Origin: Octopus sinensis
Lineage: Eukaryota
Assembly (NCBI RefSeq): GCF_006345805.1
Contig: NC_042998.1
Coordinates: forward strand, 89,218,001-89,282,000
Length of the DNA: 64,000 nt
Direction of reading: 5' to 3'
Shown: piece by piece, positions 13,860-23,899 of the stretch
Position numbering within the stretch: position 1 is the first letter of the stretch
How the letters are laid out: every line of letters starts with the position of its first letter
The notes under the pieces: generated by a model
What the model was told of the DNA's origin: nothing
Database searches by the model: none
The model's input: the letters and a program-made list of their open reading frames with translations, nothing else
Position numbers and translations under genes: made by a program

Positions 13860-14370
13860 TCCTACTCTGGCTGTTCTTAGCCACTACACATTCTTTATTT
13901 TCTCTCGTTTCTTTTTGTGTTCCTTTCTGTGGAAGAACGTAGGCTGGAAACGTTAAAGACTGTTTCACTTACCGAGCGTTAAACTAATACATGTTTGTTG
14001 TCTGCACCACCTGTCATCATATATTACACGCTCACGCAGTTGATCCTGTCTCCTCTCATTATCCAACGAACTTTTAAACCTTCTACACTGGATTATTCTA
14101 CCTGGATTCTCTACCTGGACTCTCTACTCTCGTACACTTCAGCTGCACTTCTCCTGCCCTTGGATTACACTGGACTCCTCTGTTGATGTGAAATCGCTTT
14201 TTCCTATTGTCGTTTCTTCCTACACAGGTTGTTCTTAGCCACTACACACATTCTTTATTTCCTCTCTTTGTTTCTTTTGTGTTCCTTTCTTTGGATGAGC
14301 ATAGGCTCGAAACGTTACAGACTTTTTAACTTCACGAGCGTTAAACTAGTACATCTGTTTGTTGTCTACA
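13860..14370 (+). repeat. Two diverged copies (~13865-14010 and ~14228-14375) of a short repeat containing a decayed hammerhead-like motif
   Basis: Both read GTTCTTAGCCACTACAC...TTCTTTATTT...GTGTTCCTTTCT..GGA.GA.C.TAGGCT.GAAACGTTA.AGACT...GAGCGTTAAACTA.TACAT. Confidence 0.75.
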
Positions 14371-14670
14371 CCACGTGTCTTCGTCTTTTCTTTTTTTTGT
14401 GAATTCTTCCCTTATATGTTAGGATAATTGTTCGTCTTTATGTGTACTGGGTTGTATTACACTGATGATAGAAAAAAAGGGGGTTCCCTTTAATACTGAA
14501 ATCAACTGATATTTAATTAAACCTTTTCATAAATCTTTATCGTTTATTTGCCCGAATTAGGCGCGTATTTATTGTGATGATTTTAAGGTAGTTCAGATAC
14601 ATTTGGCGTCTACTTTAAGTATGCGGCAGACCCAGTGTACTTGCTCGCTTATATGTATATATATATGTAT

Positions 14671-14757
<87 letters not shown>

Positions 14758-16150
14758 CAGGCGCCACGTACCCTCTTAACATTAATGTGAGCACATATTC
14801 TTAATAATCGGTACGACTCTTTGTTTGTCTCTCTCTCTCTCTCACTTTTACTTGATCTGTCCCCTTCTCTCTCTACTCATCCTCTTTTTCTCTTCTCTTT
14901 CCTCTGATTCTTTGGTCTAATCTTCCACTACCCTCCTATTCTTTGTCTCGCTCTGCACTCACAGGTCAATCTTCGACACCCATCCCTTCTCCTCTCTGAT
15001 TCCTTCTTTCTCTCTCTTCTCTCTCTTTATTGCGTTTGTCCCTCCTCTCTCTCTCTCCTCTCTCTCTCTCTCTTCCGTTGCTTCTCTTTCTTTTCTTTTC
15101 TCTCTTCTCTGTCACGTGACTGCTGGCCGAAATCTGCCTTTCAGCTTCTGACCAGCGTCGTGTTAACATCGTTGTTTTTCGTCCGCCGCTATAGGCATCG
15201 CCGATAAGGCTCCTTTCCTTGCGCCAGAGAAAAAATTTGTTTGCTTGTTATCAGTCGTAAGACACTTGTTGTTGTTTTTTTACCGTTAATGCTTCTGTAT
15301 TTCATGTTTCTGTATTCCATTATTTTTTGTTTTTTTATATTCGTCCCTTTTGCTGTCCTGTTGTCCGTATGCATTCGATCCTTCTTCCAGGAAATCTACG
15401 CTCCCAGCTTAGTTTTTCTAATGCTCGTTGCTTAGTTTTTCTTGGAGGGCTGGCCGTGATCTAGTAATCTCAAGATTAATCAGCCGAAATTACTACGATG
15501 ATCCGGTTCTTGACTGAAGACTGAGGGTTTCGAATGTCCTGTCCGTGTTTATTGTATCGTCTTCTAAGAGTTATACGTTCTTGTCCATGTTGTATTTTTC
15601 TACATACCTTAATATATATATATATATATATAATGCTATAAGAGTGTGTGTCCTATTGCCTTTCCGTCTATATTTCATTCATTGACTCATTTGATTTCAT
15701 GTCTGTATTTATTTCACGAGGGTGTGCGTAAACTGTTACAATAATTTATATAAAGTTATATGTGGGCATATTTGAGTGTATGTAGGTATATGCATGCAAC
15801 TATCAAATACACACACACAAACGCACACTTACGTAAATATACGCACACTTACATGCACCTTTAAATACACGCATAAACACAATGCACTCACATACACACA
15901 TACGCTCACATACACGTATGTATGTGAGTGGTTAAGAAGTTTACGGAAACCATTTGGAAGTCAGTTGGATGGAGTGCACATCTAATTCAAAGGTGTATCC
16001 TTGTTCCACACTGACTCTACCCGAGAATTACGTCTAGAGTACATGTGTCTATGGACTTACCTATTGCACGCTTACTCAATGAGTGGGTCATCCACTTTAT
16101 CTAACAACTAGATGCTTATAAGTCCACTTGTTTGATATATACACACACAC

Positions 16151-16185
<35 letters not shown>

Positions 16186-16220
16186 AGCGCGCGTATATAT
16201 ATATGTATATATATTTCATC

Positions 16221-16315
16221 CAGATAGTCTTGGCTGACGAGCTACAAATGGATTTTTTTGTAAGTAATATTACATTTAATTCATTAATAGCGAAACAATT
16301 GTCCCAAATAATCTG
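16221..16315 (+). ncRNA. Type I hammerhead ribozyme, copy 1 (predicted cleavage after GUC at 16303)
   Basis: CAGAT-agtc-TTGG [CTGACGA] GCTA..43 nt..TAGC [GAAA] CAATTG [TC] CCAA-ata-ATCTG. Core CUGANGA/GAAA/NUH is intact. Stem I is TTGG:CCAA plus CAGAT:ATCTG, stem II is GCTA:TAGC, and stem III is the palindrome ACAATTGT. Confidence 0.85.
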
Positions 16316-16754
16316 TATTTTTGTTATTTTTTACTTGCCCTGTCCGTGTGAGCTAACAGTCGTACTGGCTTTCATGGGAAACATGTATCTTCGTGGTTGA
16401 AACCTTTTGGATTAACTGGTGCTAGAGTGAGCAATATATTGACCACTCTCTTATATTTGTTTTGTAAAAGTATTGTAATATGTTATAAAATATTATAATA
16501 ATCCAGGTTTCTCGTAGCACTAGGCCACTTGGTGTTGAATAAATATACTATTAAATTAGTATCTAATTCTCTCACCCTTATTAATTAATTATAATTATGC
16601 TGCATTTATTTCTAAATGCTGTATTTGTTTTCCGTGAAAGTTTGGCGCGCTGTTGGTTGGGGCATTTGAATTATAACGTCGGATGTAATCAATTGAACCA
16701 CACGCGTATTTATCGTTATGGTAAAATCTGGCGTGTGATTGAGTGGATTTCATC

Positions 16755-16850
16755 CAGATAGTCTTGGCTGACGAGCTACAAATGGATTTTTTTGTAAGTA
16801 ATATTACATTTAATTCATTAATAGCGAAACAATTGTCCCAAAATAATCTG
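16755..16850 (+). ncRNA. Type I hammerhead ribozyme, copy 2 (predicted cleavage after 16837)
   Basis: Same motif; CTGACGA at 16768-16774, GAAA at 16826-16829, GTC at 16835-16837. Confidence 0.85.
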
Positions 16851-17289
16851 TATTTTTGTTATTTTTTACTTGCCCTGTCCGTGTGAGCTAACAGTCGTAC
16901 TGGCTTTCATGGGAAACATGTATCTTCGTGGTTGAAACCTTTTGGATTAACTGGTGCTAGAGTGAGCAATATATTGACCACTCTCTTATATTTGTTTTGT
17001 AAAAGTATTGTAATATGTTATAAAATATTATAATAATCCAGGTTTCTCGTAGCACTAGGCCACTTGGTGTTGAATAAATATACTATTAAATTAGTATCTA
17101 ATTCTCTCACCCTTATTAATTAATTATAATTATGCTGCATTTATTTCTAAATGCTGTATTTGTTTTCCGTGAAAGTTTGGCGCGCTGTTGGTTGGGGCAT
17201 TTGAATTATAACGTCGGATGTAATCAATTGAACCACACGCGTATTTATCGTTATGGTAAAATCTGGCGTGTGATTGAGTGGATTTCATC

Positions 17290-17385
17290 CAGATAGTCTT
17301 GGCTGACGAGCTACAAATGGATTTTTTTGTAAGTAATATTACATTTAATTCATTAATAGCGAAACAATTGTCCCAAAATAATCTG
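17290..17385 (+). ncRNA. Type I hammerhead ribozyme, copy 3 (predicted cleavage after 17372)
   Basis: Same motif; CTGACGA at 17303-17309, GAAA at 17361-17364, GTC at 17370-17372. Confidence 0.85.
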
Positions 17386-17824
17386 TATTTTTGTTATTTT
17401 TTACTTGCCCTGTCCGTGTGAGCTAACAGTCGTACTGGCTTTCATGGGAAACATGTATCTTCGTGGTTGAAACCTTTTGGATTAACTGGTGCTAGAGTGA
17501 GCAATATATTGACCACTCTCTTATATTTGTTTTGTAAAAGTATTGTAATATGTTATAAAATATTATAATAATCCAGGTTTCTCGTAGCACTAGGCCACTT
17601 GGTGTTGAATAAATATACTATTAAATTAGTATCTAATTCTCTCACCCTTATTAATTAATTATAATTATGCTGCATTTATTTCTAAATGCTGTATTTGTTT
17701 TCCGTGAAAGTTTGGCGCGCTGTTGGTTGGGGCATTTGAATTATAACGTCGGATGTAATCAATTGAACCACACGCGTATTTATCGTTATGGTAAAATCTG
17801 GCGTGTGATTGAGTGGATTTCATC

Positions 17825-17919
17825 CAGATAGTCTTGGCTGACGAGCTACAAATGGATTTTTTTGTAAGTAATATTACATTTAATTCATTAATAGCGAAAC
17901 AATTGTCCCAAATAATCTG
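17825..17919 (+). ncRNA. Type I hammerhead ribozyme, copy 4 (predicted cleavage after 17907)
   Basis: Same motif; CTGACGA at 17838-17844, GAAA at 17896-17899, GTC at 17905-17907. Confidence 0.85.
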
Positions 17920-18187
17920 TATTTTTGTTATTTTTTACTTGCCCTGTCCGTGTGAGCTAACAGTCGTACTGGCTTTCATGGGAAACATGTATCTTCGTGG
18001 TTGAAACCTTTTGGATTAACTGGTGCTAGAGTGAGCAATATATTGACCACTCTCTTATATTTGTTTTGTAAAAGTATTGTAATATTTATAAAATATTATA
18101 ATAATCCAGGTTTCTCGTAGCACTAGGCCACTTGGTGTTGAATAAATATACTATTAAATTAGTATCTAATTCTCTCACCCTTATTAA

Positions 18188-18236
<49 letters not shown>

Positions 18237-19283
18237 GACATAAGTACAAATATAAATACATTCACAGAAATGTATATGCATGTATATTATATGTATATAT
18301 ATGTATACATACATGCATATACGTATATATATATATATGTGTGTGTGTGTGTATGTGTGTGCGTATGTATGTGTGTATGCGTGTGTGTATGCACTTCTAC
18401 AGACTATGTATATGTATGTGTATGCTATTGTATGTATATGTCTGAAAAGATATGCCAGCATGTATGTATGTACATATGTATATATGTATTATATTATACA
18501 TGCCAACGTTAGTGCGCATGCGTGGATGTATTTAATTGACAGAAATAAAGACATTTAATTCAGTTTTAGTGAGCTCAGCACATTTTTCTTCTTTTTTTTC
18601 TCTGTCTGTCTGTCTCTCTCCCTCTATCTCTCTTTTACTCTCTTCCTCTGTGGGTGGGATTGTTAGAGGCAATTCTTGTGTTGCTAAGCAACATATGCTT
18701 ACGTGGACCTGAAAAGTCGGTGCTGTTCTTTTTGTTGCTGCTGTGAGTGTAAGTAATGATGATGATGATGATGGATAATGATGATTGTGGTAGTGGAGAT
18801 GATGGTGGTGGGTGGTGTGACTGTGGTGATTGTGGTGTGTGTTGATGTTCGCCTCACAGTTTCCTAAGGAAGCAGTCTCTGTTCTTCAGGCTAAACAATA
18901 GTGAGCCATCACTAAAAACCAAGGAGAAAGCAATAACGATACATTCATATAAAAATAAACGACGCAAATGTTTATTTGAAGGGGTGGTGTGGCGAAATCA
19001 AGAAACAGAGAGAGAGAGAGAGAGAGAGAGAGGTGAGAGACAACCAGACGGACTGACTATGTGTGAGAGGAGGTGAGAGAGAGAGAGAGAGAGAGAGGTG
19101 AGAGACAACCAGACGGACTGACTATGTGTGAGAGGAGGTGAGGGAGAGAGAAGTAGGTTGGATGGATATGATACAGTATTTGCTTGAGTAGTTGTTTTGG
19201 TGACAGTGGTTAATAGTGTTTTGTAGTGTTGTTGGTGGCGAAGGTGAATTAACAGCGGCAGTAATATGAAATAGTAAAGGTAA

Positions 19284-19497
19284 GGCGGTGAGCTGGCAGA
19301 ATCGTTACTGCGGCGGGAAAAATGCTTACCGGCATTTCATCCGTCCTTACGTAGTAAGTTGAAATTCCGCCGGGGTTGACTTTGCCTTTCATCGTTTTCT
19401 GGGTCGATAAAATAAGTACCAGTTAAGCACTGGGGTCGATTTAATCAACTTACCCCCTCTCCGAACTTGCTGGCCTTGTGCCAAAATTTGAAACCAA
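19284..19497 (+). mobile_element. Octopus-type tRNA-derived SINE
   Basis: GGCGGTGAGCTGGCAGAATCGTTA...GTTGAAATTCCGCCGGGGTTGACTTTGCCTTTCATC...GGCCTTGTGCCAAAATTTGAAACC. Confidence 0.85.
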
Positions 19498-19684
19498 GAC
19501 GATGGCTGTTCTTGCTATATAGTTGCTGCCGCTGTTGTTGATGTTCAAATGGAGATGTTTGGTTCGATGTTGGTGGTGACGCTCCTCATAGTGACAGATG
19601 TTGCGATGTGTCAATGTGGTAGTCATAGGTAACAATGTTAAAGTAAGCTGGTGAAGGTATTAGGTAATAATCATTTTTGCTATA

Positions 19685-19873
19685 GGTACAAGGCCTGAAA
19701 TCTTGGGCGAAAGAGCTAGTCGATTACATGGACACCAGTACTTGACTGGTATTTATTTTATCACTTCTGAAAGGATGAAAGGCAAAGTCGATCTATGCAG
19801 AATTTGAACTCCGAATGTAAAGACGGGCGAAATACCGCTAAGCATTCTAACGATTCTACTAGCACGCCGCCTT
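19685..19873 (-). mobile_element. Octopus-type SINE, inverted relative to the 19284 copy
   Basis: Plus strand ...GAAAGGATGAAAGGCAAAGTCGATC...GAATTTGAACTCCGAATGTAAAGACGGGCGAAATACCGCTAAGCATT...CGCCGCC is the reverse complement of the family. Confidence 0.8.
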
Positions 19874-20178
19874 GAGGTAATGTGTAACAATAGCCATTTT
19901 TGCTGTTGCTGTTGTTAATGTTTAACTGTAGACAAACTTTGATTGAGCAGACCTATGATCAAAGCCATCTCGCTTTTCTTTAGAGGCATGCAAGGCACCA
20001 TAGTCTTATGCGTTATGTCCTTAAACAAAACAGTGGCCTAGTTGTTAGAATGACAGCCGTAGATTCAATTCCAGGAGCGGGCTACGTTTTGAGCCCTTGA
20101 GCAAGGTATTTCATTTCAGATTGCTTTGTTGTAGTTAGCTGACAATGAGATCCAGGCTAATGCTGGTAGAGCGCTCTT

Positions 20179-20212
<34 letters not shown>

Positions 20213-20215
20213 CAG

Positions 20216-20326
20216 CTGTCATATCCTCAATGTTCCGTTCAGTGATGGCTCGGAGGGCCGAGAACTGTCTGCGTCAGCTCGCAACTACAAGGGTCCCTAA
20301 AACAATTATCAGAAGCATACTATCAG
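20216..20326 (+). other. Candidate 111-nt internal exon of an unidentified host gene
   Basis: Long (TC)n pyrimidine tract plus CAG acceptor, and a GC-richer island. One frame is open throughout (xVISSMFRSVMARRAENCLRQLATTRVPKTIIRSILS), and a CAG|GTTATA donor would give a symmetric phase-1 exon. The donor is weak and I do not recognise the peptide. Confidence 0.3.
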
Positions 20327-22163
20327 GTTATACTCGCTTCCTAGTGACGGCCGTGACTTAACTAGGCTGTAATTTGCAAGTGGTGTAGCTGCTATTTCTA
20401 GCCAGACAAATGACCACATAAATTTGTTTTGTTTTTCTTTTCGTAGGTAATGATGAATTTGATAATAATAATATTGGTAGTTAACGGTAATTGTATTGAT
20501 TTCATTAATTTCATGGTTACGGCAGTGATTAAAGAATCACACCCAGGTACACGTTCAGCAATACGTAATGACGCACCTATACATTCCTATACACACATTA
20601 CACTGAAAAACAGTAGGGCTGCATCCGGTAGTGTTTTTATTCTTTCTTCATACGAACTGATTTATCTGGTAAGGTAATGGTTTTAGGAAGACAGTCGCAG
20701 TAGGGATAATTGTTGTTTTAGTTGTTGCTGCTGTAATATGCTGGTGGCAATTTGGTGCCGTGGAGATTTTTGTAGAGAATAAATATGGTACAATAAACAT
20801 ATCCATCATTACTATATTCAGTGTTTGTGGGGAAGACATTCAAATCTTCATGGTTGAGCCAACCTATTTCAAATGATCATCGTTAAGAAGTAGAGTTCAA
20901 AGTGTTAATATGTTTACACCGCCTGCGTATGGTTGAATTGCAGTCATCCCACCACAAGTGATATCCTGTATCTGTGGCAAAACTAGTTAATTATTAATTA
21001 TCCAGTTCATCTACTGTAGAAATGTACAAAAGGTGTATAGTTCACAGCTGGATAACTGATGAATATTTCGGTAGATTGTATAGATAAAACTCAAATCTTT
21101 TGGGCAACAGAAACTTGTGATGCACTTATTATATGTTATTCTGGGTAAAATATATTATCTCCCAGCTGCTTCACGCCTTGAAAATTTGATTAAGGACTAG
21201 CATATAGCAAAGCCTTCCAGCAGATGAGGCTGACAAAAATAGTGTATACACACTGGTGTAATATATGTATTTCACTTATAATTGCGGTTTATTTGTCTAT
21301 GCACCACTTCTACAAAAATATGGTAGGTCAGCCTTATCAAACAAATCATCACTGTATGGGTGGTCAATTGATTAAAAAGCTATTTGGTTCTTTACTGTCT
21401 GCATTTCAGCAACACTAATTGCATTCAATATATACAGAAACAGCGGAAATGAAGTGATGCTGATTATAAAAATCACCAATATAATTGAAGAAAAATATGC
21501 TACTTTTAAAAATCAGGTCCACTCCGGTGTACATAGCCTATGGTACCGAAAAATTTCCCCCCTTGCTGTTTTACGATTCCATATAGCTCCAGGAGAAAGG
21601 TTTTGTCTACTAATTGCTTGGATAATCTCGAAGTTCTTCACTATTGCAGTTGTGAGACTCTAACGTAGTTTCTTAAAACAACAGATATGTATCAATAACC
21701 AACTTAGCTTTAGATTAATCTCGAGTAGATCAGTGCCCCACTAAACTCTACATTCAACTTTGTTTGATATATTGAAAGGAGTTGAAGTCTGTGACGAATA
21801 GATTATCCTGCAGCCATTCAGGTTTCAATAAATCCGATGGCACTCCATTGAACATTGGCCAACATATATTACTATATTTAATGGACCTATGGCCAAATTT
21901 CCATATTATCGGCATCATTCCACAGAGGCATGATCACTCCACAGCGTACGGAAGTGTAAAGCTTTCAGGCGGAGTATAAATATAAATCAAGGCAGTAGGA
22001 AATAAGTTTTGCATCTTCAAATGTTCAAATGTTCAAGTAAGATTTATAGCGCTTCCATATTTCAGATGTTGTTAACAACCTTTCACACTGCTCCCCTTTT
22101 CTGTTGATCAGAGTGGACCTGGTTTTTAAAAGCAGGATTTCCCTTCAACCATATTATTGATAT

Positions 22164-23156
22164 TGATATGAGTAGGTCAATTCGGGAAACAAATGCTATG
22201 ACCTACTTTGCTCGTTGTAGTCTGAAAGTCTGGAATACGAAGTTATTGTCCTTTGTTCCGTCAGATTCTGGAGAGAGTGATGACTTTTTGGGAGACCTTC
22301 GACCCTGTTCCGGTCAAGGAAAGTTCGAGGAAGCACCCCTTTAAAATACAGTAGCTGTGAGTCTGTCAGACAATCGGCCGGCAGTTCAGGCCAGAGACGG
22401 GAGTGATACGAAGGCGGTCAGTTGAGAAAGACAGACAGACAATGTGAGGGATGACAAGCGAGAGAATGACAGTGAATGTGAAAGAGGAAGACAGGCAGAT
22501 AGGATTACGGCGAGAGGCAGCGACAGCGTAGAGGAAGACAGACAGATAGGATTAAGGAGCTAAGAGAGAGGGACTACGGTATGAGGGCACTGGCGGTTGT
22601 GTAACGGTATATGTTTATTTATGTTTTGATATGTGTTAAAGAAGGAAAAAAGAAGTACTGAATTAAGGAAAAGAGATTGTGAAAAGAACTGTGTTACAGA
22701 ATTGCGGAAAGCAAAGAAAGAGAAAGACTCTAATGTAGACATTATTTGAACTTTGAACTGTATCGTTAATGTGAACGTTATTTGTTTTAAGTTGATCTGA
22801 ACATTAATTGATCTGAACTGTATATTGTATCTGCATGCTTTGATTTGTTGTTTTCTTGCTTTCTTGCATGTATTTTCTTTGATGTATTTGATGTAATAAT
22901 AGTTATAAACTACTGTTGTTAAACGTAAGCCAAATTGCCTTCCACCGTGTCTCTCTACATCTCTTCCTGCGGTTGTTTGTTGTTGTTCTCTCCGGTCGCC
23001 GGTTGCCGAGTTCGCTGCTGCCCTCCCCCCACCGAATTCTCTCTCTGAGTCCGTGGCGAATTCACCGTTCGATCGAGCCGGTCGATCGTCGTCGCTCGAC
23101 TTGGTAGGGTCCCGGGTTTTCCGAAGAGTTTGAGCGACGGCAGGTGATTCGTAACA
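22164..23156. mobile_element. Solo LTR (993 bp) with TG...CA ends and a 4-bp ATAT target-site duplication
   Basis: Starts TGATATGA and ends TCGTAACA (imperfect terminal inverted repeat). ATAT lies at 22160-22163 and 23157-23160. Removing it rejoins a sequence that aligns continuously to the inverted paralog at 21118-21525. Confidence 0.85.
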
Positions 23157-23899
23157 ATATTCATAATCAGTATCACTATTTTCTATAACTCTATACATTG
23201 ATCACTATTAACACTGAGAAAGTGTGTACAGTGAATAATCAAGACAGATATTTTAGTCATTTGACTACCCGTATCGTGATTATATTTGATAAAGTTGGCT
23301 ACCACATGTTTGTAGAAGTGGTGCAAAGATGAACAAAATTTGTAAGTACAAATGAAATAAATACATTACAAGAGAGTGTATATTCTATTTATATCAAAGT
23401 CATCTGCTGGAAACTTTTGCTGTATGCTAGTCCTTAATCTAATTTTCAAGGCGTGAAACAGCTGAGAGACTATATACATTTTACTCAGAATAACATATAT
23501 TAGTGCATAGCATATTTTGTGCTGAGAGTTCTAGTAAACCATTGACTTTAAAGTTCACCATCTCAACCCGCATACGCTACTCAGTAAAGTGCTGCTGAAA
23601 TAACGCGTATATTTAACTCAACTGGGTATATAAAATGCTAAGGGTAGAAAGATCCGAAGCTGGAATTTTATTATATCACAATAATATAAAGATAGAAATA
23701 ATGCTGACGATAAAATGGATTAAATGTAATAAAAAAATAGCGACAAGAATTCAAAAGACAAAGGAAAAAAAACAAAGAAATCCAAAAAGAACATGGGTTC
23801 CACCTTCACTACACACTAAAACATTGCTCATATAAGAATCAGCGAAAGCCAAGATACAAACGTACATGAAAATACTAGATCTTCCTCCATTAAGGAAAT

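Larger units (their letters stand above)
16213..18196 (+). repeat. Head-to-tail tandem array, unit 534-535 bp, ~3.7 copies, >99% identical; candidate retrozyme
   Basis: Units start ATTTCATCCAGATAG at 16213, 16747, 17282 and 17817. The only differences I found are CCCAAAT vs CCCAAAAT (copies 1 and 4 vs 2 and 3) and a 1-nt deletion in copy 4. Both ends abut (TA)n. Confidence 0.97.

Noticed and set aside
15509-15540. CTGAAGACTGAGGGTTTCGAATGTC hammerhead-like string
   Set aside because: No stem II pairing and GAAA is broken.
16247-16265. ATG GAT TTT TTT | GTAAGT, which looks like a first coding exon (MDFF) with a perfect splice donor, and the ORFs 16128-16400 and 17813-18004
   Set aside because: The motif lies inside loop II of the hammerhead in a tandem repeat. 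The ORFs are short and hydrophobic with no recognisable homology, and no matching downstream exon was found. The ribozyme explains the region better.
16213-18196. CRISPR array or ordinary satellite interpretation of the tandem repeat
   Set aside because: The units are entire 535-bp duplicates with no repeat-spacer alternation, and the DNA is eukaryotic with no cas genes.
22560-23198. 212-aa minus-strand ORF, the longest in the track
   Set aside because: It lies almost wholly within the solo LTR and crosses its boundary; it is low-complexity with no recognisable domain.
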